This document shows, in pieces, positions 49,711-60,044 of a stretch of 64,000 nt of DNA. The DNA is taken from NCBI GenBank assembly GCA_043228905.1, contig JBHGNT010000020.1, forward strand, positions 4,216,001-4,280,000. The letters run 5' to 3'. The position numbers were made by a program, and so were the translations under genes. The notes beneath the pieces were generated by a model. That model was given only the letters and a program-made list of their open reading frames with translations, did no database searches and had not been told where the DNA came from. The stretch is from Azolla caroliniana (lineage: Eukaryota > Plantae > Polypodiophyta). Positions within the stretch are counted from its first letter, which is position 1, and every line of letters starts with the position of its first letter.

Positions 49711-51024
49711 TTATAACATGGTCGTGTCAAGAGTTCGAATCTTCACATTATCCCCCCTCCGACGCCGCCTTCCCAAATCGGCCGCTAGTTTGTGGGGATA
49801 TCGGTGGTGAAATTTTTTTAAATTTTCCGATGGTTCCCACGTGGCCTCAGACATGGTGTAACCCCTCCATAGGACAAGGTATTGCAAGTGTCGACGGTGC
49901 CAACGCGAGTCAAGGATTTGGTCGACCTTGTATTCCTCCCCTGTCGTCAATTGCACGGGTGGTGGAGGGGCCTGACGTCTTGGGAGTTGTGAAGCATAAT
50001 GGGGTTCGAGGAGGGAGACATGAAAAACATCATGAATTCGGAAGTGGGATGGTAGGGTGAGCCGGAAGGCGACGAGATTGATGCACTCAATGATACGGAA
50101 TGGTCCCAACTTCTTGTAATCAAGTTTCGCACATGGACGAGTAGTAGAGATGTGTCGACATAACAACCAGACCATTTCTCCAACGACAAAGTGTGGAGTG
50201 GCAGATCGATGGCGATCAGCCTGCTGCTTGTATCGTTCACTAGCAAGACTAAGCTCCAACGATAAAACATGATGTAGTTCTTCCAAAACGCGAGCACGAT
50301 CCTCCGCCGAAGGGTTCACGAAAGTGGTAGGAAGGGAAATGTTGAAGCGAGGATGTAAACCATAGTTGGCATAGAAGGGAGTGATGCTAGTCGATGCATG
50401 GAGAGAATTATTGTAGGCGAATTCCGCGAGCGAAAGTAAGTTGACCCAATCATCTTGTTGGTAACTAACAGAGCACCGAAGATACTGCTCAAGAATTTGG
50501 TTGACACGCTCCGTTTGCCCGTCAGTTTGGGGGTGATAAGCAGATGACAACTTGATAGAGATGCCTAAAGTTTGTAGCAGGTGCTGGCAGAAGTGAGAGA
50601 CAAACTGGGGTCCGCGATCGGAGATGACATCATCGGGGAGTCCATGCAAGCGTACCACATTGTTGCGTAGTAGATGCACCATTCCTTTTCCGGAAATGGT
50701 TTTTGAGCATGGGGTGAAGTGAGCCATCTTCGTAAACCGATCTACAACGACCAACACCGAGTCATAACTATTGACCAAGGGTAGGTCAATTATCAGGTCC
50801 ATAGAGATAGAGGCCCAGGGATGACGAGGACATGGAAGCGGTTGTAGTAAGCCGTATGGCCGATGATGAATGACTTTGGAGCGAGCACAAACCTCACAAC
50901 TCTTTATGTATTCTTTGACCAACTTCCATGGTTGTGGCCACCAATACCCCCGAGAGAGTAGCTCGAGGGTTTTCGCGACCCCGAAATGACCTGCAAATGG
51001 GTCATCGTGGCATTCCCGCAACAC
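49711..51024 (-). CDS. Integrase-chromodomain portion of the Tcn1-like pol
   Basis: HDDPFAGHFG..CEVC, ISMDLI, SDRGPQF, HPQTDGQTER, GPF, chromodomain. Confidence 0.88.
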   Translation of the reverse strand: MLRECHDDPFAGHFGVAKTLELLSRGYWWPQPWKLVKEYIKSCEVCARSKVIHHRPYGLLQPLPCPRHPWASISMDLIIDLPLVNSYDSVLVVVDRFTKMAHFTPCSKTISGKGMVHLLRNNVVRLHGLPDDVISDRGPQFVSHFCQHLLQTLGISIKLSSAYHPQTDGQTERVNQILEQYLRCSVSYQQDDWVNLLSLAEFAYNNSLHASTSITPFYANYGLHPRFNISLPTTFVNPSAEDRARVLEELHHVLSLELSLASERYKQQADRHRSATPHFVVGEMVWLLCRHISTTRPCAKLDYKKLGPFRIIECINLVAFRLTLPSHFRIHDVFHVSLLEPHYASQLPRRQAPPPPVQLTTGEEYKVDQILDSRWHRRHLQYLVLWRGYTMSEATWEPSENLKKFHHRYPHKLAADLGRRRRRGDNVKIRTLDTTML

Positions 51025-51244
51025 CCGGGTGCGACATGGGCCCTTCTAGGACGTATAAGAGATGATCTCGGAATAACAAACCCTCGTGTATGGTGAAGGT
51101 GTCAAGATCCTTCCTTTTGGTCACCTTGGAGGGGTTTTGCAAACTATCTTGAATCTCGTTGGCGAACGCATCAGTCTTGGACGCATCAGCGATAAGTTGG
51201 AGTAATGAATCATCCTACAACATACAAGTGGCAAAAAGATGCAA

Positions 51245-53080
51245 TTAGTCGGGTTTCAACAAACGTCTAGATTGTTGAGCATAAGCAGCATCCCTAGTGC
51301 GGAGTGCAAGGTCAGCTTGGCGAGAAAGGGCATCAGCCTTCCCATGTTGGTCACCAGGTCGAAATACGATCTCAAAATCGTAGTCGGCGAGAAATGTCGA
51401 CCAACAGGCCTGCCTTCGATTCAAAGTACGAGTGGTGGAAAAATAAACTAAATTTTTATGATCAGTCATTACCTGGACACGATGTTGTGCGCCGGCCAAG
51501 TAGGGTCGCCATTCTTCAAAGGCAGCAATGATAGCAGCAAGCTCCTTGTCGTATATGGGATAATTGATTTCGGATGCCGTGAATTTCCGGGAGTAGTAAG
51601 CCACTGGGTGCATTAGGTTGGTGTCGTCTGCCTGGGATAAGATGGCACCAATGGCGAAGTCAGAGGCATCGGTTTCAACTTGGAAGGGTTTTGTGGGGTC
51701 GGCATGTAGCAGCACTGGGGCAGTGATGAATGCGTGTTTGAGTGAGTCGAACGCATTTTGCGCCTCCGAGGTCCATAAAAATGGAGTGCCTTTACGGGTG
51801 AGAGCGATAAGAGGTTGTGCTAGGGTGGAAAACCCCTTGATGAAGCGACGGTAAAAATTCGCGAAGCCGAGGAAGGATTGCACATCTTTAAGTCGCCTTG
51901 GAGTCGCCCACGCCTGAATGACAGAGACCTTCTTCATATCCATGGTGATGCCAGTGGGCGAGATGATGTAGCCTAGAAATTCGATCGAGGTACGGTCGAA
52001 CTCGCATTTCTCGCCTTTGGCATAAAGGCCTTGCTCGCGAAGTTTGGCAAGAACTAATCGGACTTGGCGAGTGTGCTCCTCCATGTTTGGCGAGAAAATG
52101 AGAATATCATCGAGGTAAATGACAACAAAATGATCAAGATATTCCCGGAATATATCGTTCATCATATGTTGAAAAACTGTTGGAGCGTTAGTAAGACCAA
52201 AAGGCATTACCTTGTATTCGAAATGCCCATACCGTGTTCGAAATGTGATTTTCCATTCATCCCCCGACTTGATGCGTACTAGATTGTACGCTCCACGCAG
52301 ATCAACTTTGGAGAAGACACGCACAACTCGGAGCTGATCAAGGAGTTCGGGGATCAGAGGTAGTGGATAGTGGTTGTGCACAGGGAGTTTGTTGAGACCT
52401 CGGTAGTCGACGCATAAGCGTAGAGAGCTGTCCTTCTTCTTCACAAATAAAATGGGAGCCCCGGCTGGTGACTTCGAAGGTTGAATAAATCCTTTCTCGA
52501 GGTTCTCATCGAGATACACACGAAGGGCCTTCAACTCTGGTGCAGATAACGAATATAGAGGACCAAAGGGTGGACACGCACATTCTTGAAGATCAATCGG
52601 CCAGTCGTAGAGCCGGTGTTCAGGCAAACGATCAACATTACATTTTTCAAATACGTCGGAGAAGTGTTGGTATTTGTCGGGAATAACATGGAGTGTGTTA
52701 GAAACGGCGCCACAAACAAACCCATCCTGGACCGATGATGGGGTAGTCAAATCGGAATTGACCTTCTCCGAAGGATGGGAAACTGAATTTACCTTCATAC
52801 TTTTGCACGGGCATCCTGGCTTGCTAAATGTGATCGAGCGGTTGCACCAATCCACTATTGGATTGTGCGCCTCCAACCACGTTAGTCCTAAGACGATCGG
52901 ATGTCGAGGAGATGCGATGAGGTAAAAGGCGAGCTTCTCCTCGTGTGAGCCCACACAAAGCCCTAATGGGATTGTAGCTGGAATAATTGCACCTGACGAG
53001 AGGATGCACCCGTCGATGGCTTCAACGGGAATGGGTTTTGAGACGCCAACGACAGGTACACCATGTGCTTGGGTAAACAC
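51245..53080 (-). CDS. PR-RT-RNase H portion of the Tcn1-like pol (611-aa open stretch)
   Basis: LRLCVDYRGLN, MPFGLTNAP, IYLDDILI, VETDASD, DHKNL, KADALSR. Confidence 0.88.
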   Translation of the reverse strand: MFTQAHGVPVVGVSKPIPVEAIDGCILSSGAIIPATIPLGLCVGSHEEKLAFYLIASPRHPIVLGLTWLEAHNPIVDWCNRSITFSKPGCPCKSMKVNSVSHPSEKVNSDLTTPSSVQDGFVCGAVSNTLHVIPDKYQHFSDVFEKCNVDRLPEHRLYDWPIDLQECACPPFGPLYSLSAPELKALRVYLDENLEKGFIQPSKSPAGAPILFVKKKDSSLRLCVDYRGLNKLPVHNHYPLPLIPELLDQLRVVRVFSKVDLRGAYNLVRIKSGDEWKITFRTRYGHFEYKVMPFGLTNAPTVFQHMMNDIFREYLDHFVVIYLDDILIFSPNMEEHTRQVRLVLAKLREQGLYAKGEKCEFDRTSIEFLGYIISPTGITMDMKKVSVIQAWATPRRLKDVQSFLGFANFYRRFIKGFSTLAQPLIALTRKGTPFLWTSEAQNAFDSLKHAFITAPVLLHADPTKPFQVETDASDFAIGAILSQADDTNLMHPVAYYSRKFTASEINYPIYDKELAAIIAAFEEWRPYLAGAQHRVQVMTDHKNLVYFSTTRTLNRRQACWSTFLADYDFEIVFRPGDQHGKADALSRQADLALRTRDAAYAQQSRRLLKPD

Positions 53081-56000
53081 GATGTCGATGAAGCAAGAAG
53101 ATGCCCCAGAATCAAGTAAAGCAACAGACTGAATGGAACTAGAGTTAAATGAAAGTCATACCTCCAATGTGAAATTGCCTGATGGTCTGGCAATGGAACC
53201 AAGAGAATGTGGGTGAGGGGAGATGTCCAGTTGCATGGCTCCTATTGCAACCGAACGATGTCGTTTTCCAGATGGTGGGGTCAGTTAGCTCGATGGAATT
53301 GTGGGCAATTACTCCTAGGACAATGGCGAACGACATGACCGGAGGCGCCACAATACATGCACAAGCCATTAGCCAGCCGAAATTGTCGTTCGGCATCAGT
53401 CAATGGATGAAATCGGGCTTGATCAATTTCCATGGGGATAGGAGCATCTCCCAAAGTAGGGGAGTGTGACGCAGTCGGTGGGGGGTATGGTTGGGGTTGT
53501 ATGACCGAGGCGTGTTGTGGAAGTGAAGGAGGTGGAACCCAAGTACGGCGCTCTTCTTGGCGAAATTCGAATAGACGATTGTCACAATGGACTGCTTGTG
53601 AAATCGCTTGGGATAACGAGGTGGGCTCCGGAAATTTTAAGAGAAGATTCTTGACATTGCTTCGAAGGCCGCACTGAAAGTGATCAACTAAAGCTTGATC
53701 ATCCCAGTTGAAACGTCGCATGCTAGTTGTCGAAATTCTGAAGCATAGACCGAAGTAGCACGCGAACCTTGTTCAAGTGCATAAATCTTGTTAAGAGTTG
53801 TACGTTGTTGGTCCGTCTCACCAAATGTGGCCTCTAACTCAGCGAGGAAGGAGGGAAAGTCCTCCAATAGAGGTGAAGAGGTTTCTACCAATGGTGCAAA
53901 CCAAGCTTGGGCCGGACCGGAGAGAAGGGTGCCCACAAGGCCGACTTGTCGAAGACCATCTCCATAGCGTTGAGGTTGTAGCCGAATGATAAGTTGAACT
54001 TGGTTGATGAACCCTCGGAAACGCGACCTCGTTCCATCAAATTTTTCTGGGAGGCTAACCTTAGGCTCAAGAAAATGTGACGAAGCTAGGCTAGATGTTG
54101 GTAGAAGATCGGGTTCTAGGCTAGGTTGCTGTGGGAGACTAGGCTTCGGGGTTGTGAGGATAGGGAGGCACCGACTTGGAGTTCTTGTAAAGAATTTCGA
54201 AGAGCTTCATTTTTAAGCTGGAGTTGTCGTAAGGCTACCATTATTTGGCCTAACTCACTAGTTCAGTCGGACATATCTATGGCTTATGAGAGGGAGAGCT
54301 ATGAGGATGGGCAGGTGAACATACTGTCACGGATAGATCATAAGCTCAAGAGACAAGAAAGAAGATAGACAAATGGATGAGTAGTATTAACAGAAAGACT
54401 TCATAACTAGTGTTGTTCACCTTGAATTCCTTCAAGGTGAACTCCTCTATTTATACTACATGGCATGCATACTTGTTGCACTCATGTGAATCTACAATAG
54501 AGCATGTAGGTATGCATGCATGTGCTAAGTGTAAATACTACAAGGGTGCAACTATGCACATGATGCTAGCAAAACAAAAAGAACCAATTACATACATAAC
54601 TGTGTACTAGATATATTGGTTAACCCATGATACTATATTATAACATGGTCGTGTCAAGAGTTTGAATCTTGACACTTTCAAACCAGCCGCAACCCGCACA
54701 AGTAATAAATACATCATCGTGGCCACGGACTATTGCACAAAATGGGTAGAGGCTAAGGCACTACGGGACAACACAGCTGCGTCCATGGCAAAATTCGTAT
54801 ACGAACATCTATGGTGCTGATATGGATGCCCAATCGAGCTCATTAGTAACCAAGGCGGGCATTTTATAAACTACATAATTCGCAAGCTCACTACACATTA
54901 CGCGGTCGTACATAAGAAAAGTATGTTGTACTATCCACAGGCAAACGGATTGGCAGAATCTACTAATAAAAATTTGCAAACAATCCTGAAAAAGATCGTC
55001 AATGAGAACTGCACCGATTGGGATGACAAGCTTCAGAGTGCATTATGGGCGTATCGCACCACATTCAAAACTAGCATTCAGTCTACACCCTTTCGGATGG
55101 CCTTTGGGTTGGAAGCAGTCATGCCGATCGAGTTCAAAGTTCCGAGTCTCCAATTTCAGGTTAAGGAAAGGCTACCCGAGGCCCAATCAGAGCAATCTCG
55201 ACTCGAACAACTCCTCGAACTCGGCGAACAACGAGTGGCCAGCATGGCTTACCTGGAACAACGCCAACGCCAACGACAACGACAACGCAAAACCTTCGTT
55301 GATCAACACCGGAATGGTGCGGAGAAAGCACTTACCATCGGCAAACCGGTGCTGGTCTTCCAAACACGACTTGGTGCTATGCCGGGGAAATTACGATTCC
55401 GATGGACAGGCCCATTCTGGATAATTGACGAGTTTAACAGCACATTCCAACTCGGCACACTTGCTGGAGACATCGTCAAGAGCTGGGTAAATGGCTTCCG
55501 ACTTCGACCTTACCACGGGAAGACCCCAGTTAATCCTTTCGCTGAGACCAATGGCATGGACCAGTTCACGGACGACGCCTCGAAGGAGGCCACGTGTCCC
55601 CATCAGTAAAATAATGACCTACCCACCAAATGTATATAGTAGGAATGGTTTTTAGCAGTTAAATTAGCCTTACCTAAAACTACCTAACTAATCACCCCAA
55701 ATCACAAGATTTTCTTAGGCGCACCAACTAGTCACATTCACTTTAAAATAGAATATTTAAGGAGCATGCACACCAGACATAGCACTCTTGGGACGCGTGG
55801 CCATAATACCTTATTATGGCAGCCACGACCAAGAATCTCAAGGATCTTCTCCCTGCACAAAACCCTAGGCAGTCACATAAAATAAACTACCCCACACACA
55901 ACGCACCCACTCACACAGACGCGTTCTTGCCTTCACTGCCTTCAAGCTCCCAAGCTCGCTCTCGTTCTCATCGCCCCTACAAACCGGCCCCCTCTCGCCC

Positions 56001-56118
56001 TCGTAGCCCCTGCACAGAACAACAGTGTCCTCCCCAACCATATTCTTCCAGCTCTCTGTCTCGCCCTCGTCTCATCGCTTCCCCCCACACCTCTTGATAG
56101 CAAACCTTCGCGTCCACC

Positions 56119-59100
56119 ATGCCTCTAGCAACATCGCAGGAAATCCGTTCTTTGCTACAACAACGAGGATTGGGTGGGTACTTACGGGTCATGGACGCCC
56201 CAACACACCTTGATGCCCCAACAATAGCACGTAGAATCCACACTAACACAATAACCAACAACATGATTCGCACTGCTTTGGACCTTGCGCGAGGCGGAGA
56301 CCATGAGGTCGAAATCCCCCCCATTTGACCCTCAAGGAATATTTTGGGATGTATTCGATGTCAGGTAAAGCTTACCGCACTTACGGAGGGCCAAACAAGG
56401 CTTTTCGGGAGATCGCTCGGATTTTGATGGAATACGCCTTTGTGCATACAAATCCCACGAGTATGCCACAGAATAAAGCTGCCATCATCATCCGGGCGTA
56501 TGAAGGCGACCAAATAGATTGGGGAATCATCACCGGCAAAGGAGTCCGTGCGGCACTCGAATCTTTTCAAACCGGTAAGCGATTGTTGCTTGTGATTAAT
56601 CATTTTCTCACAGACCTCTACCCCCCTCCTTCGGTTTCCCCTCGTCGCATCCTTACCTCCCCACCACCACCATGAAAACAACGAGAGAAGATTGTGGCGT
56701 TAACCCAGGAAGAATGGGAAGACCCCTCGCCTTCTCCACCTTCCTCGGCCGTTCGGAACCTTACTTCCACCTCGACACCACCCCCACCAAGAACACAGAA
56801 GCAATGGGCGTTAACAGCTCGTGTCGAATGGGACGAGGCCAAGGAGCCCATCATTGAGGATGTCACAATACGCCAGAAAACACCAAGGACATCGCTGCCC
56901 TCTCCACAACCGAGCCCACGCCCCACAAACTAGCAGCCCTTGGGCATACGGAAACAAAAGAGGAAACAAGCTGAGGAGCCAACACCACCAACCCCGGACT
57001 CACAGGATCAGCCGTAGAAAAGAGGCCGCATCAATTGAGAGTCAACCACAGAAACTGAGGGCACCCATCATCAGAAATCAAAAGAGGCCAGCCCGACGTC
57101 CACAGCCATGGTACCAACGGAGTCATGGCTCCAAGTCAGTAGGATCGAGCATGGACAAACCACGCAGATATCAGAGGAGGAAGTCCTCGGTTACAAAGAT
57201 CTCCCCACGGAGGCATACGAATTCAGTGCACTACTTTGACTGGGCACAACATATGAGTTAATGGATTTCCTCGCACGCGCCCAAGTAGCTGCCGGTGCCT
57301 CGTATGGCCGAGGAGCACGCGGAAACAAAGATGATCCAACGCGCTCTAATGGGAGAAATCGAACCTCATGAGGATCGAGCCTTATAGAAGATAGGGTGGA
57401 AGAAGCAAGCACAGAATGCTTCTCTCCTCATGGAGCTACCAGATCTAAACATGGCCTTAGTCGAGGTATATCGAACTCTACACCACACTACTCGGGCAGC
57501 CAAGGACATGGCCCGACGTATCAAAACGGCGCATCAACAAGCCAAACGGGCTACCGAGCTATGGCAAGCCGTCGAGGAGAAACTAACATCATTGGAGCAG
57601 CAACATCAAGAACAACCGCCCTTAAGCCTCCCTGCGCCGAGTAACGATGTCTCACCAGCCCCTCTTCTGAACCCGAGCCTGAGTGTTGCAGTTATCGAAG
57701 CACACAAAGACGACACAGCTCACCCCAGGCAGGGTAGCCACGGTCGATGCAAGCACAATGACGGAATTGGTACAGACAAGCGAGCCATCGTCACAGGCAG
57801 ATATAAGCCCGCACCCCCAAACCAGCCACGCCTCCACGCAAATGCCACCACCACCTGTCGTCATGGAACAATCTACACAGACGAACAAAGAACCCACTCC
57901 CTGAATCCAACAAGCGGCGACCCAAACAGGGCCTCCCCTCCGGGACTACCAAGAGGAGCTTAAGGCCTAGATCGCTCTGGCCGAGTTAGCAGAACAGAAC
58001 CACAACAACATTCTTGGACAACTACGGGAACAAGCCGCGGGCCGTGAAGCTGACCTCAAGCGACTACTTGCTGAAAGCTCGGCCACACTCGAAGAACAAG
58101 AAAGAGGGGTGATGACCCTTCAGGTCTCTATCACCGATGCCAAAGAACGTTTCATCAAAGAAGCAAAGCGGAATAGCCAACGGTAACGCGAGCTATTTGC
58201 TGACAATCAGGAATTACGATGTCATCAAAGGGCATTACAAGAATTGGCAAACGAACACATGCAGAAGTGGAGGATCTCGGAAGAGCAAAGGGCAAAAATT
58301 TCTTATGCGTATCACCAGTTGCAAACAGAGCACATCGCCACCAAAGAACGACATCGGGATGCTTGGAGACAGGACATAGACGAAACTGTAGCTCAGCTCA
58401 CCAAACGTTATGAGCAGACAATCGCGCTCATCACCGAAAAAGAAAAAGGTAATCAAGCTACTTTAGCGCTCCTCGTCCGCAAAAGCCAAAAAGACGCCAA
58501 GGCCGCAAGGGAGGAAGTGGAAGTTCACCGAGCTAGCATCGTCATGGACGTTACTAAAATCAAGATCCTGATCAAAAAGTATCACCAGGAATTCACCAAG
58601 AAGATCGAGGAAATGCTTGACCGTGTCTGGCAAGAGTGGTCAGCCCAAGCCGCGGAACTACACATACTATGCACGGACGCCGAGAACCGACGGAAGGAGG
58701 GCCGAGGGTTTTACAAAATGGATGACACCAGCATCCAAACCCTCCTTGAAGACTTGACTGAGGAATATCATACCTTAGAAGCATCCCACACCGCGGTCAT
58801 CGAGCAACTTCTAGAGGAATTCAACGACGATCTAATGGTGTTTCGTTTAGAAGCCAAATCTTACGAGGAGGAACACCTAGCTACCGAGACTAACCGAGCT
58901 CCCACGACCAACGAGCAAGAACCCAAGCCACCCACCACGGCAGCCAGATAGGAGGAACCTGCCCCTACAGATCCCCACATCCCAACCGAGCCACAAACTA
59001 CAATCCCGACCCTACCTGAATCGGTACCAACAGAGGGCGGCGCACGCGACGACACAACCATCCCCGACTCGGCAACAAAACCTCCATCACTAACCCCACC

Positions 59101-59164
59101 TTCTGAGCAGCTAGACCAACCCCACACCCTCGAGGATATCCTCGGCATATTAGAAGAGGAGTAA
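56119..59164 (+). pseudogene. Decayed ~1000-codon sense extra ORF between integrase and the 3' LTR (globular N-terminus, Pro-rich linkers, basic patches, long coiled coil)
   Basis: ORF pieces 56119, 56325, 56694, 57430, 57683 and 58244 join through a few frameshifts and stops, most of them explicable as CGA/CAG>TGA/TAG. It ends ...LEDILGILEEE* at 59164. Confidence 0.7.
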
Positions 59165-59820
59165 AACAAACCCATAAGGCCTTGTATAAACGGGCAACTT
59201 TTGTAATTTGTTTTGTTTTTGCCAAACCCGTGGTTATCCCTCCACATTGTGAACCGTGGGTCCGACGGACAAAGTCTTGTCCCATGGACGTGCCAGGTGT
59301 TGTCCATAGGCCAGAAATATAAATACACTATGTAAACTCGCCGATAGGTAGAATAATAGGTGAGGAAATAGGTAGAACTAGAAATAGTCAAGTTTTTAGC
59401 CCTCACAATCAGCCGATGGCTCGACTCTGTCTAAAGAGGAAAACTATATAAACCGAGATCAGCATACCTCAATGGGGGGTTTATCTAGAACATTTTAGCA
59501 AGATTAATAGCGTAGCACTGACCTCTGCACGAACTGTTTCCAACCGAGAGCCGTGTACTGTAATCACTGTGAGCTTTATCATTTAATATAAACTTTCCGC
59601 TCTTACTATTCTTTTATCTGTGTATTCTCCCCGTACTAGTAAACCAAGCTACGTTTATGCCTAACGGGTTGTAGCCCGTGTACGCTCCTCGTTCTTCTAT
59701 TATCTTCTCAGTGTAGAACAGGCTTCCACGTAACACGATCCCTTGATACCGATAGCCTGTGAGCTCATCGAAGGTGTTTCCCCCAGAAATGGGTAACATT
59801 TGGTAAGTGTTCGTTCTCCT

Positions 59821-59993
59821 TGTTACGAAGGCGTTCCAACTCTTCTTAATGCACAACGGATCGTGATGTGCTGGATCATTTAGTGTGCTCAAGATAGAAA
59901 AGGAAGGGGGAAGGGGACTTACCTCTGTAGCAACCCAAAAGCTTCTATTTCATTACACGCAGAGAAACCTCTCTCGTTAGTTTTTTTTATTTT

Positions 59994-60044
<51 letters not shown>

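Larger units (their letters stand above)
49398..54674 (-). mobile_element. Full-length Tcn1-like chromovirus (Ty3/gypsy), TSD CTTTC; LTRs 54325-54674 (5') and 49398-49747 (3'), 350 bp each
   Basis: About 15 LTR differences by eye. Domains: gag (PEKFDG, CMYCGASGH) from ~54274, PR (LLDSGASS), RT (YLDD), RH, INT with GPF and chromodomain (YLVLWRGY..ATWEP). PPT GGAGGGGGGATAA; no tRNA PBS. Confidence 0.96.
46526..59798 (+). mobile_element. Non-chromoviral Ty3/gypsy (Athila/Tat-like integrase), tRNA-Arg primed, PR-RT deleted, with a large 3' extra ORF; LTRs 46526-47024 and 59298-59798
   Basis: ~500-bp similar LTRs TGTTGTCC...GGTAACA, TSD TTTGT/TTTGG, PBS TGGCATGCCCGGT (47030-47042). Domains: gag with two CCHC knuckles, RH (AEKNYSTTE), INT (WGLDFVGPF|KPAA, YYPQANGLAE, RWTGPF). 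Confidence 0.92.
45088..59820 (-). mobile_element. Ty1/copia (40178-type family) 3' part: 3' LTR 45088-45455, RH/RT to 46525, resuming at 59799-59820
   Basis: LTR termini match the family. The RT peptide EHLP|NIEQIKKLLSSRFEMKD is restored across the 46526-59798 insertion. Confidence 0.85.

Noticed and set aside
56119-59164. Retroviral env-like gene
   Set aside because: No signal peptide or transmembrane segment is visible; the protein is hydrophilic and coiled-coil.
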